Origin: Macrostomum lignano
Lineage: Eukaryota
Assembly: GCA_002269645.1 (NCBI GenBank)
Contig: NIVC01000587.1
Span: 1-64,000, forward strand
Length of the DNA stretch: 64,000 nucleotides
Direction of reading: 5' to 3'
The position numbers were made by a program, and so were the translations under genes. Shown in pieces: positions 26,844-39,758 of the stretch (position 1 is the first letter of the stretch; each line of letters starts with the position of its first letter). Under the pieces are notes generated by a model, which made no database searches, was not told the DNA's origin, and saw only the letters and a program-made list of their open reading frames with translations.

Positions 26844-29606
26844 GCGCTGTCGTCGCTCGGTTCGTAATTAAAAAAATAATCACCCTGTCCTGCCTTTCGT
26901 TCTTACTGTCTGCTTTGCTGGCTTGTTTTCTTCTACGTCGACTCTGGATACACTTGGGCAAAGCGCTACAAGTGTGGCACTGCTCCCGTTAGCTGAATCT
27001 TCAGTGAGAACCTGCTAGGAACGTTACTTTCCTGACTGCGCGCTCACTTCCTCCGGCAATTTTTCTGACGAAATTGGGCCCGGCTCTATAAATTGCTTTC
27101 GCGATACTTTGAGCACTCGCTTTTAAGAATATTAGAAAACTGTAGCGCGCCCGCGATGCGGCTGAAGGAAGCGGTTGAACAGCCGGCGTGAGGAGTTGGC
27201 CAGAGGAGAGGAGAGCGCTAGAGATTATAGAGAGAAAGGTCTGCAGTGCAGATAGAAGAGATCTCCGTTCTCCCATTGGTTGGCCAACTATAGCTAGGCT
27301 GCATCCCTAATCTCCCTAACGCAGATTGGGTGGGTGGTTGGGAAACGAATCCCAGAAAGTTATACCGTAGGATCAAATAAGATCCGCGCAAATTTAATTT
27401 GAAAAGACTAAGACTGAAAATCTTTGCGACTCATGCAAACTAATGGTTTAATATACGAATATGCAACATGTACCTGACTACGAGGCAAAATAATTATTGC
27501 CTCCTTAAATGCCCCAAAGAATTCTGGCCCCGTAGATCCCTTTGTCACTTTTCTATTGTAGAAGCTGCAAGCATCATCCCATACTGTTACGAGAGCGTTT
27601 CAGTGGCAATTAGATGCTTCTACCAGAATAACTACCTAAGGTAATAGCCAGATTTACTTAACTTGCGCTGATAAATAAACAAACGGAGGACGGAGCTAGG
27701 ACTTCGGAAACATTTCAAAGGCTGGAGCTCTGCAGTTTTCCGCTTAAACTTCCCTTAAAGCAACTTATTAATAATAAAATATGAGCACAGTTCCCCGTTC
27801 CGAGTTTCTCCGATTTACTCTGCAGTTTCAAGTTCATTTTGTAGGCTGACTGCCAATCTGCTTCTTAAGTGAAACTTCTTATTAGCCAGATTTCAAAGTT
27901 TTTATGATGGATACGCTTTACATTCGCTCAACGATACCTAAATACATCTTTGGTGACTTTGTTCGCGGCCGATCTTGAAAGGGGTGTGCCACAGGCTGAG
28001 GCTGCAGGAAGCAAAATATTGAAAGGGCGACATCTCCATGCTGCAAAGCATCCCACCCATAAAAAATGGGAGGAGCGGTGCAACACAATCACTGGCCATT
28101 ATACAATCGAAGACGATTGCAGTACATTGACATCATTGAATGACTAAAATTAAGGAATAAAACTCTGTTGAGGAAACACTATTGTATATGTTATTATTTA
28201 GCCTCGAATGTTACCTTAAACTAATAAATAGAATCAAACTAAACTTCAGACGGCGGTGTTATTGTGCGAACAATTCACTCAATATTAAAGCTTTCTTAGA
28301 AAAAACGAAATTTTCAAATTATAAACCAAACAACACTAACTCATGCACCTTTTTTTAATTCCTTACTTTTCTTCGTTAGTCGTTAAAGCTCGTTCAAAGT
28401 TTAGTAAATAACATTTAGGCGCTCTTTCAAATATTATAGTATTACAAAACTCGAGTACGATCGTACTTATAATGCATAAATTGACATATGCAAAATTGCC
28501 TTCTACTCTTGAATTATTTTTAAATACACTGAAATATATTGGCCAAACAGGCTTCTTGCCTGAGCCAAACTTACTTACTACTACTAACTAAAAAGCAATA
28601 GACTAGGCCTAATAATACACATGTCACAATTACAATTTAATAAATCAAAGTAAAAGTTTCATCCCAATCCATAGAAAGGCAGGAAAACTGTTCAAACTGA
28701 CAAAATTTTAACCTCCGCTTTAAAATCACACCTTTGTGTTTAAATTGAAACCTAAGCCTCGAAGACTAGCACCATCACCACCTGGCATTTTTTGGAACAA
28801 AAAACCTAGGACATAGGGTAGGGTAGGGTAGGCATTTTAAGAATATTTTAACCCATCACTTATTTAGTATTAATAGCCTTTTTATCATAACTTTTATAAT
28901 AAGAATTAAAAAACTATTTAATAATTAGAGTCAAAACCAAAAAATCAGTGACAGTGGGATACAAGGCCAAAATAGGTATATTTATAAGACATTAAATTAG
29001 AAATTATTAATGCAAATAAGAAAGAGAGATAAGATATTTAACTATTAAAAAGGTAAGATTGAAAAGTCAACTAGAAAGTAGCAAAAAATGAAGTAAGAAT
29101 AAAAAGATTAAAGGCAGAGAAAGCAAAAAACAAAATAGGCCTAAGCAAATACAAGTTTAATAAATACACTAAAAATGACCAAGACATTTCTTGAAAAAAA
29201 TGATATGTCATATTTTTTTATTTTTAAAGTTTATATTAAAACTGTTGAATTCTTTATCTTTTTAGGTCTATAACTATATTTAAGTATCTTTTTACTAAAA
29301 ATATAATTGTAAAAAATAACTATGGCTTAATTTAAAATGATCATATTGTAGAGCACCTTTATTATTCTCTAAATCCCACCGCAATCACCAAGTTGTTGTA
29401 GGGGGGGGGGTTTGGCTGTAATTCTAGAATTTTATTATATTAGCTTATTGGATTCGTTATGAACTACTAAAATACGGTGTTACTGAGGCAAGGCTATGGG
29501 CTTTCACGTAAGCATGGATTGCCCTGGTAGCGCGCAGTGCCCGAGCGGCAAGACACTGTTCAGCTAGGGGGAGAGGGGGGGTGATTAAGTCCTAAAGCAG
29601 CGTCCT

Positions 29607-29819
29607 CCAATGGATCGAGTTTGCCCGGTGAGTTTCAATTTCCTCTTACGGATTTTCTTTTGTCATATATGACTTTCCATTGGTTGTTCAGTTCGAACAG
29701 TTTATTTGGATATTCCTCCTCTTTCTATTGGCTGATTACGCCCCTGCTCTTTGCTAGTACACTATTGGCTCTTCGACAATTCGTCTCTTGCTCTTGGTAA
29801 TTTCTACCTCTAGTCCAAT
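29607..29819. promoter_or_regulatory. Cluster of five CCAAT boxes (possible NF-Y promoter or enhancer)
   Basis: CCAAT/ATTGG at 29607, 29679, 29727, 29764 and 29815, between the divergent Shal and PIP4K starts. Confidence 0.3.
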
Positions 29820-30074
29820 GAGCATTCGCTCTTAGTTTTTAGCAAATGAAGGAAGGTTTGGAACGCTTCTTCAATTTTATAGGCAATTCGCCTATGAACC
29901 AAAAGATCTAAAACTTCGGTTGCCTCTCTGGGCACAAAATTCGCTTCTATTTATACTAAAATTGGGGTGGGGAACAAGACGCGTTTAAAAAAAGTTCTAA
30001 AAATATACGTTTCCATAGTAAAGGCGGGAATTTAAAACTTGGCCTCTCTCAATCATATTTTTATAATTATAGCT

Positions 30075-32471
30075 ATAGCTGTTGAAACCTGCAGATTTTT
30101 AACCCAGGCCAGGGAATTCCAATCATCAGAACTAGAGTATTTTTGCATGTATTCTGAAATCTGAGTCCATATTCAAAAAAACTTGTTAATAGTTAGCAGG
30201 ATAGAGATAAATATAAAATGGAAAATATTTATGTAAAATTAGGATTTGAACTTGAAGCAAACATTTGTTGGCTGGGGTGCTGCGCAGAATGTCAGGCAAT
30301 GTCTGTCTGACTCTTAAAACATGTTATCTCTTTTTTCTTTTCTCCTCTTCTCTCCTTTCTCCTCTCTTCTCTCGTATCCTCCCTCATCTCTCTTCTCTTT
30401 CATCTCTCTTATCTCATCTCTTCTCTCTACTTTTCTTGCTTTATTCCTTTCCTCTCTCCCCCTCTTCTCTCATCTCTTCCTTCTCTTCTCTATTTTCTCT
30501 CCTCTCTTCTCTCCCGTCTGCTCTCTCATCTCTCCTTTCTCCTCTTTTATCTCTTCTCATTTCTCTTTGCTCTCTACTCTCTCTTCTCTTTCCCCTCTTC
30601 TCATTCCTCACTCTTCCCTCTTTTAACACTTCCCTCTTCTCTTGTCTCTCCCTTATCTCAACTCTTTCCTCGCTTTCTCTCTCTCCTTTCATTTCTTCTC
30701 TTCTTCCCTCTCTCCTCTCTTCTCTCGTCTCTTCCATCACCTCTCTTCTCTCTCGTCTTTTCTTTCTCATCACTCCTTTTTCTTCTTTTATCTTTTCTTT
30801 CTTATCTCTTTTCTTTCTTATCTCTTCTCATTTCTCTCTGCTCTCCTCCCTCTCTTTCTCTTTCTCTCTCACTCTCTCTGTCTTTCTCTCTAATCTCTCC
30901 TCTTCCATCTCTCTTCTCCTCTCTACTCTCTTCCCTCTCCTCTCTCCTCACTCACGTCTCTCTCCCTTTGTTTCTCCTCTTGTCTCTGTACTCTGTAATC
31001 TCTTCTCTCTTATCTCTCCTCCGTTCTCTCTACCCTTCCATCTCTCGTCTGTTCACTCTCGTCTCTGCTCTCTCATCCCCCTCTTTCATCTGTCATCTTT
31101 ACTGTCTTATATGTTCTCTCACCTCTCTCCTCTGTACTCTATTCTTTCCCCTTTTTTGACTCCTCACTTTCCTTTCGCCTTTCTTCTCTTCTCTTCTCTT
31201 CTCTTCTCTTCTCTTCTCTTCCTCTTCTATACTCTCTCCCTCTCTTGTCTCCTCTCTTCTCTCTTCTCTTTCTCCCCACTTTCCTCTCTCCTCCGTCTCT
31301 CATTTCTCATTTCTCATTTCTTATCTCTCCTTACTCCTCTTTCATCTCTACAACCTTATCTCTTTTCTCTTCCCTTTACTCTCTCATCTCTCCCTTCACC
31401 TTTTTCCTCTTTCCTCTCTCCTTTCCTCTCTCCTGTCTCCTGTCTTCTCTCATCTGCAGCTCTCTGCTCTCTCATCTCTACTCTCTTCTCTCTCCTCTCT
31501 ACTCGCTCCTCTCTACTCTCTACTCTCTCCCCTCTTCTCCCCTCTCTCTCTCATCGTCCTCACCCCCTCATCTCTCCTATTATCTTCTATCTTTTCTCTT
31601 TGTCCCCTCTCTCACCTCTCCTCTCTTTTCGAATAATAGTCTATTCCTTCTTTCCACTCTCATCTGCCCCTCGGCCATGAGCTGGATTCTTTATCTGGCC
31701 TTTGAGGTAAAAGTCTGCCCATTTCTGCTTGGAAAGCCAGTTTGTTGGACGTAGTACTCTCATGGTTGTTCACATGCTTTGATCACGTCGTCTTTCTGGC
31801 CAATTTGCAGCTCTGCAAAGAATTTGCATAACTTCAGCTCCACTGCAGTCTATATCAGTCTAACAACCAAGGAAATACACATTTCTGAGGAGGCCGTTTA
31901 AATTTTAGAGTACCTTAGAGACTTAAGTGAAACTTAATGTTAAAACTTCAATGGTGTGACTTGTACTGCATTGCAATTGCATCGCTTTTTCAATCTTTCG
32001 CTTTTACAAAACATGCTGGATTGCCTTGATTTGCCAATTGCCAGTCACTGTTCAACTTCAACTGCTGCAGAGTTTGCCGATACAGACAGAGGACAGTGGT
32101 TAGAATTTCTCACTAAACTGTTATGGATGGCTAAACGTAGCCTCTCCATCGAGGTGCAAAGAAGGTTTACACACAGCACACAGACAATAGTTTAAGATTG
32201 TCTGTGTCAAATTTGAAGAGAATCGGTAGAAGTGGAGCGGCGCTAGGGAGGATTTAGTGAAAAAATGGCGCATTTTGAGCAGTTTTTTGCACTTTTAGGT
32301 AGGAAGACTCAAATTTAGGAAATTCAAAGGTAGCCTAAGACATTCTCCGTAGTGAGTTTAGGGTGGGTGCAAAATTCGGTGCAATTTGGTTGAGCGGTTT
32401 GGGAGTCCATAGCGAACAAATTTGTACACAGACACACACACACACAGAGTTTTGATTTTTATATGTAGAGA
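30075..32471 (-). mobile_element. Non-autonomous Helitron-like element copy 1 with internal ~1.35-kb CT-rich tract
   Basis: Shares both ends and internal blocks with 56403-59392. Minus-strand 5' end is A|TC with an AC microsatellite nearby. The 3' end is a degenerate hairpin plus CTAT. No TIR or TSD. Confidence 0.6.
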
Positions 32472-33015
32472 TAAACAGTTGTTTTCTATGGCCAGTGGTA
32501 TACACAAGGAGAAAGGTGACAAAAAATTGCCTGGGAGGCTGACAGAGATCTGGGGTATAGCAGTGGTCTATTACCACCCGCATACCCCCTTCTGTCTGTA
32601 TGCACTTCCCCCTCCCCCCCTAATGTGGCAGTCTTCCCAATGGAAAATCCTAAGTATGCCACTGCACTGTTTATGGCTATACAATATCCTTCCCAAACCT
32701 ATACTAAATGTTTAATATCTGTTTGTTGTTAATGGTCTAGAGATTGAACTAGTTTATCAATTTTGATAATATTTTTGCCCAAACATTTCTATTTGTCTAG
32801 AAATAAGACAGCTAAAAGTTACTTTAATATACTTCTTAACAACAAGTTTTATAATGTTTTTGTATCTAAAGCCAAAAAATACTTTGAAGTCATCCAAATA
32901 AAGTGCCTTCTAAATTAGCTTTGTAATTATGTTGGGCCTATCTAAAGAGTTGCCCTCCACATCAAGACCAGTGGTTTTCCCATTTTTCATGCCCTATTGA
33001 GCTCCCAGTTGCCAG

Positions 33016-36000
33016 ATGGATGTGCAAGTGAAGAAGAGCCACAAGGTGAAGGGCGTTCGCCAGAAGTTAAAGCTATTTCGATCCAGCGAGCCTCTCAAAT
33101 CCGTCATTATGTGGGGCATCAACCATTCGGTATGCCTGCCTGTTCTAATTCGACTACTACTAGCCACTTAAGTAGTATGATAAATGCTGCTTTTATTTAA
33201 CCAATACTGAAACACTGCCAAATTGCAGCTAATTCAGCTTAGCCATGTCACCAAGCGAACCATGCTGCTGCCAGACGACTTCAAGAGCTTCCAGAAAGTC
33301 AAGGTGGACAATTATTTATTTAACAAGTGAGTTTTTTATGGTGTGCGCTGTAGTCCCACAGCCAGCGCTAAAAGCAGTTCTGCCCATTCCGCTGACATGC
33401 GCACCGATACTGTACCATGCATGCGCAAGCCCGCTGATTTACACTGGCCGTGTGACCTACTTTTTGACAAAAATGCGACTTACCTATGAAAAACTAATAA
33501 TTGATGTAATGTTGGGTAAACGGCTGGAGTATCCATTACTGTATTATGAAGGTAAAATACCTCGTCATCTAATTAGTACTACGTCTATATTTAGGGTGGG
33601 CATTTTTGTGATTTACCTTGGCATGTACGCCATCAAAGCAGAAAAAAATCGATAATATGCAAGATAATCAGGATAAATATAAATGTCATAATGTGTCATA
33701 AACGCTACTATAAGTAAAACAATAGTTACAACACAGCAGAGTAGTTGATTCATCAATGTTCAAATACAATCCTGCACCATACTCTCTCGCAGAGACAACA
33801 TGCCGAGCAAGTTCAAGTTCAAGGAGTACTGTCCCATGGTGTTCCAAGAGTTGCGCTCCAAATTTGGTATTGACTCTCTGCACTATGCAGACAGTTGGAC
33901 TAAACGCCAGCCAATTAGGGACAGCTCGCAGAACATGATTTGGTCGTGCAATTTGCACTACGTTATTAAAACAATATCTAGCGAAGAGGTCGAACAGGTG
34001 CACAATATTCTGCAGGCCTATCACGCTTATATTGTTGAACGATCGGCGGATACCCTGCTGCCTCAGTTCGTGGGCATGTACAGGGCCACCGTGGAGGATA
34101 CCGAGCACTATCTGCTGGTTATGCGGTGAGTGGGCGGTTCCTCATTGGGAATTGGTTATCTAGGGAAATTATTGGGGATGGGGACCGTGAAGAGGTTGGG
34201 TCCTCCCTGAAGCACCATGATGAGATGGCGCCCTCTCTGAAGCAGGGATGGTGCCCTCACTGAAGCACCGTGAGGGGATGGCACCCTCTCTGAAGCATCG
34301 TGAAGGGAAGGCGTCCTCTCTGAAGCACCGTGAGGGGATGGCGCCCTCTCTGAAGCAGGGATGGTGCCCTCACTGAAGCACCGTGAGGGGATGGCACCCT
34401 CTCTGAAGCATCGTGAAGGGAAGGCGTCCTCTCTGAAGCATCGTGAAGGGAAGGCGTCCTCTCTGAAGCACCGTGAGGCGATAGCGCCCTCACTGAAGCA
34501 TCGTGAGGGAATTGCGCCCTCACTGAAGCCTCGCGAGGGGATGGTGCCCTCACTGAAGCATCGTGAGGGGATGGCGTCCTCTCTGACGCACCGTGAGGGG
34601 ATGGCGTCCTCTCTGACGCACCGTGAGGGGATGGCGTCCTCTGACGCACCGTGAGGAGATGGCGTCCTCTCTGACGCACCGTGAGGAGATGGCGTCCTCT
34701 CTGACGCACCGTGAGGGGATGGCGTCCTCTCTGACGCACCGTGAGGGGATGGCGTCCTCTCTGACGCACCGTGAGGGGATGGCGTCCTCTCTGACGCACC
34801 GTGAGGGGATGGCGTCCTCTCTGACGCACCGTGAGGGGATGGCGTCCTCTCTGACGCACCGTGAGGGGATGGCGTCCTCTCTGACGCACCGTGAGGGGAT
34901 GGCGTCCTCTCTGACGCACCGTGAGGGGATGGCGTCCTCTCTGACGCACCGTGAGGGGATGGCGTCCTTTGACGCACCGTGAGAGGATGGCGTCCTCTCT
35001 GAAGCACCGTGAGGGAATCGCGCCCTCACTGAAGCACCAGAAGGGATGGCAACTATCAATGAAGCACCTATATAATACCCTTATAGGCAATTTTCTAGCC
35101 TTGACTTGGCTTCAATTATCTATAAAAAAACTTGAAACCCCTTCCCCAGCTCCGTGTTCAGCGCCGATGTAAAAATCCACCGCAAATACGACCTCAAGGG
35201 CAGTCGCATATCTCGGGAAGCAACCGAGAAAGAGAAGGCTAAAGAGCTGCCTACGCTGAAGGTATGCAATCTGGGTTTAGACTGCAGTTATACTTAAACA
35301 CCCTATTCGTAGGGCCCATTGAAAGCGTTACCGTGACCAGAATTGCTAAAGACTCTAGCGACTCTTGCAACTTTTTAACCACTCAAACGACTGTAATGCG
35401 ACAGTGAAGCGACTGTTGAGTCACGAGCGCATCACGTGAGTTGCAGAATCGTAAAAAAGTCGTCTTAAAGTTGTGTTAGCGCTTAAATTTCTACTAAATC
35501 AAGTAGACTAAATAGAGTTTTTATATAAATGCGAAACGCGATTCTAATTCATAAAGTGATGCAGATGCGCTTTAGACGCAACGCAGTGATTCTGCAGCGA
35601 CTTTGACACGTCTCAGATCTGACTCTACGGCCCCCGAGTCGTTTCAGAGTCAGAAGAGCCTCAAATTGACTCTTAGGCAAAATTCTGTGACGACTTGTGG
35701 CGACTTGTACCGGGGCATCTAGTCGTTTTAGAGCACAGATACTAAAATAACTAGATGGGCCACTCAGCACATTTGCGTGTAAGCTACTTTCAGTTCAGTA
35801 GTAAGTTAAACCGAAGTATTTCAATGTATTTTTAAAGCCAAAGCTCATTTATTGGCTCTTACCCCCCCCCCAGTCTAAACCATCCAACTGAGCCTTTCCA
35901 CACTACCCCACCCCGCCCCAATTTTTATTGCCTTCTCGAAATTCCAGCCTAAAGCTGCCATGTACATTTCAGTGGCTAATGTACATTATTGCTGAACCAA

Positions 36001-36908
36001 TTAGCAAGTTGTTTACGCCTGCAAGCTTGGGCTTCTAAACTTATCAGTCATTTCAGCTGCCGTTATTTTTTATAAATTTGCTTACGTATTCTTCTTTGCT
36101 ACTGAACTGAAAGTAGAAAGCTGTTTTACTAGGTATTTATGCCTGAGTGGCCCATCTTAGTATCTGTGTTTTAGAGTAATCTAGAGTCACTTCTTTTCTA
36201 TTTTACCTGTATGTGCTGGGTCTCTGCGTGCGTATCCGTGTGCTTGTGCAACTTCAGTGGCAGTGGAATGTGAACTAGCTAACCAAATAGCCGTCACAAC
36301 GCGGGTTGATCATCTGCGTAGCCAGAACATCATCCGACATCGACTTCCCGACAAAACCAAACCGACAGGACATCGATTTTGTCGGCTCCGGAGAACGTCT
36401 TCACGTCGGTCCGGAGGCCAAGGCCAGGCTGATGGCCACCCTGCAGAGCGACACCGAGTTCCTGGCCAACTGCCACCTCATGGACTACTCTCTGCTGGTT
36501 GGCATTCACGATCCCGCAGCTGGCGGCGGCTGTAAAGACGCTCGAGGAGCCGACGCTGCTGTTGCCGCCGCTGTTGAAGCGGCAACAGCCGGCGCCGCTG
36601 CCTCCGAAGGCGACGGCGCCGACGCTGACGAGGCCAGCTCGGGCAACGAGCTCGAACTCGGCGTCGGAGTTGCCGTTGACGACGCCTCGTTAGCCAGGGA
36701 GCGACGGTTCGCCGTGCCCGCCGCGGACCAGTCCCAGCTGCTGTACTTCATCGGCCTGATAGACATTCTCACTAAGTACGGCGTGCGCAAACGGACAGCC
36801 AAGACCTACAAGACCATGAAGCATGGCAACGAGGCCCAGTTGAGCTCGGTTAAGCCGGAAGTCTACGCGCGTAGATTTCTGGAGTTTGTGGACTCAAGTC
36901 TCGTCTAG
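33016..36908 (+). CDS. PIP4K2: Phosphatidylinositol-5-phosphate 4-kinase type II-like, ~398 aa, 5 exons
   Basis: Exons 33016-33129, 33229-33326, 33793-34125, 35150-35261, 36369-36908 (1197 nt). Motifs: [84 protein letters not shown], and a type II-like activation loop [13 protein letters not shown]. Confidence 0.93.
34195..35065. repeat. 30-bp minisatellite CCGTGAGGGGATGGCGTCCTCTCTGACGCA
   Basis: About 28 copies in PIP4K intron 3. Confidence 0.95.
35734..36168. mobile_element. hAT-type MITE copy 1 (435 bp) in a PIP4K intron
   Basis: TIRs CACAGATACTA...GATGGGCCACTCAG / CTGAGTGGCCCATC...AGTATCTGTG. Perfect 8-bp TSD TTTTAGAG at 35726-35733 and 36169-36176. Confidence 0.88.
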
Positions 36909-37049
36909 TATTGTGCGACTCGTGCTTCTGAATGTCCATTTGTGAACATTTTTGTGGCTGAAAATTAGATATCCTTTTTCTTGAGTGCAAATTTATTTTA
37001 TTTTTTAGTAGTAGCAAAGCAACTTTATAAAAAAGATAAACAGGATAGG

Positions 37050-37632
37050 CAGATTCTCAAGCACTGATGGAGCGGAGAGGCTGACTCTCAAGACTCTGAA
37101 GCACTGATGGAGCGGAGAGGCTGACTCTCAAGACTCTCAAGCACTGATGGAGCGGAGAGGCTGACTCTCAAGGACTCTAAAGGGAGCGGAGAGGCAGACT
37201 CTCAAGCACTGATGGAGCGGAGAGGCTGACTCTCAAGAACTCTGAAGGGAGCGGAGAGGCAGACTCTCAAGCACTGATGGAGCGGAGAGGCTGACTCTCA
37301 AGAACTCTGAAGGGAGCGGAGAGGCAGACTCTCAAGCACTGATGGAGCGGAGAGGCTGACTCTCAAGGACTCTGAAGGGAGCGGAGAGGCAGACTCTCAA
37401 GCACTGATGGAGCGGAGAGGCTGACTCTCAAGGACTCTGAAGGGAGCGGAGAGGCAGACTCTCAAGCACTGATGGAGCGGAGAGGCAGACTCTCAAGCAC
37501 TGATGGAGCGGAGAGGCTGACTCTCAAGGACTCTGAAGGGAGCGGAGAGGCAGACTCTCAAGCACTGATGGAGCGGAGAGGCTGACTCTCAAGGACTCTA
37601 AAGGGAGCGGGGAGGCAGATTCTCAAGCACTG
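37050..37632. repeat. 31/34-bp alternating minisatellite (65-bp higher-order unit)
   Basis: CTCTCAAGCACTGATGGAGCGGAGAGGCTGA alternates with CTCTCAAGGACTCTGAAGGGAGCGGAGAGGCAGA. Confidence 0.92.
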
Positions 37633-37999
37633 GGTGTAATGGAGTAATATTACGAGTAATTCAGTACGATCAAGGAAATGTCGCAGTTGCTTCCAAGTAG
37701 CTTCCAAAGCTACAGTTTACCAAACTTTGGCCAATAAAAAAATTATTATTTAATTTTGTTACTCATTTCTGTCAGCGTATTAATTTGTTTTTATATCTCT
37801 CTGCAGCAGCCGGTGCCAATGAGCGTTGAAAATTTGTGTCTTTATTATTGCGTAATCATTCATTATGTGCCATGAATCGTATCAAATAGCATTATATTAG
37901 ACATTATATTATAATATAGGTACGATTTGTTTTATAATTTACTTTACTAACTGTTCGGCAGTGAAGTCGATCATTCAGTCTTTATCATTCAGTCTTCCC

Positions 38000-38456
38000 C
38001 AAAGATACTAAAATAGCTACAATAGATAGGCCACTCAGGCACATATACTTAGTAGAACAGCTTTCTACTTTCAGTTCAGTAGCAAAGAAGAATGCATAAG
38101 CTAATTTTATAAAAAATCTGAAATGACTTTGATAAGTTTAGAAGTCCAAGTTTGCAGGCTTAAACAGCTTGCTAATTGGTTTAGCAATAATGTACATTAG
38201 CCAATCCACTGAAATGTACATGGCAGCTTTAGGCTGGAATTCCGAGGAAGGCAATAAACATTTGGTGGCGGGGCGGGGGGGTAGTGTGGATAGGTTCGGT
38301 GGGAGGGTTTAAGCTGGGGGGGTAAGAGCCAATAAATGAGCCTTGGCTTTAAAAATACATTAAAATGCTTCTGTTTAACTTACTACTGAACTGAAAGTAG
38401 CTTACACGCAAATGTGCTGAGTGGCCCATCTAGTTATTCTAGTACGAGTATCTGTG
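38000..38456. mobile_element. hAT-type MITE copy 2 (inverted relative to copy 1)
   Basis: Homologous over its full length to copy 1. Perfect 8-bp TSD GTCTTCCC at 37992-37999 and 38457-38464. Confidence 0.88.
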
Positions 38457-38897
38457 GTCTTCCCCCTTGTTCAGTCGGTTAAAAGTCACTTTGTGCGTTG
38501 TATCCAAAATATATGTTGCTTTTATAAGCACATACATTGTAAAAAGCATCAGGTGCGTGTATTTTCAATTTATTTATCTGTCAGAGGTATTTGTTTAATT
38601 GTAATAAAAAACATTTATTGCCTTCATACGATTAGCGACACTTGTATTTTATTCTATATTGCATGCGGCACAATGTTTCAAATCGTTACAAAATAAATTA
38701 TAATAAATCCCGCTATAAACCTTAGCTATCAAATGAATCATCAGAATTTTGAGCGATGATGGGCAATAAAATTAATTACGAGCTATTTATATTTTTAGAG
38801 CATTGCGCTTTACTGTATTTAATGGAGTTCAATTTCAGGTTCCTGGCCTTAAGACTCAAATTTGTTTCGTTTCTGTGACTTTAAAATATGACCAACT

Positions 38898-39066
38898 AGT
38901 TTGAGACATGGCCATCCAGTTTGAGACATGGCCATCCAGTTTGAGACATGGCCATCCAGTTTGAGACATGGCCATCCAGTTTGAGACGTGGCCATTCAGC
39001 TTGAGACATGGCCATACAGTTTGAGACATGGCCATACAGTTTGAGACATGGCCATACAGTTTGAGA
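38898..39066. repeat. 20-bp minisatellite TTTGAGACATGGCCATCCAG
   Basis: About 8 copies. Confidence 0.93.
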
Positions 39067-39758
39067 AGGTACAAACGCGTTCAAGAGTACACGTGGGTAC
39101 TTATTAAACAATAAGACTAACTAAGCTTTTTAAATATGCTATGTTAATCACGATTGTACCGCTTGATTGACAGCAACAGTTCTCATAGCGATAATAATTG
39201 TCAGTATATATATTTCAGTAATTATTTGCAATATTAAATATGAACATTAAAAGCCTGTCATTGTTGTTTATGGAGTAAGAAATTAATCAACAAGATCCGC
39301 CTAAATACAAATCAATTTTTAATGTGCTTTTGCATGGTCATCGCTGACATGCTCAGCTTCGAAAACACACGCACAGCACTGCTGTTTCAATTATTGCTGC
39401 TAGAAGCGAGATGGCAACAAACAGTGTGAAAAAGGACTTCATTAACCTAGAAAAATACACTATGGTCATTTCGATGCGGGAGCCCCAGAGACAAATGATT
39501 GATTATCGACACGATTAACGATAAACTACAAGGTTTTCTTTTCATGGTACAGCATCATAACAGAAATTTTATTAGTAAGAAAGTTAGTGCATGGTACTAA
39601 GTGAAAGTTTATGGATGATGATGAATAATACAGAATTTTCTGCTTCAAAAGTTTGATTTGAATTAATTTAATATCAGGATACAAGCGACAAAACACGATT
39701 TTAAATATCTGAGTTAAATGGGGATTTAACAGGCACAAAAGGACGATTTGGGACAGAC

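Noticed and set aside
27950-28147. 65-aa ORF upstream of Shal
   Set aside because: No recognisable motif or splice context.
37050-37632. Repeat/variant alternation superficially like a CRISPR array
   Set aside because: The intervening units are variants of the repeat itself rather than unique spacers; the context is eukaryotic and there are no cas genes.
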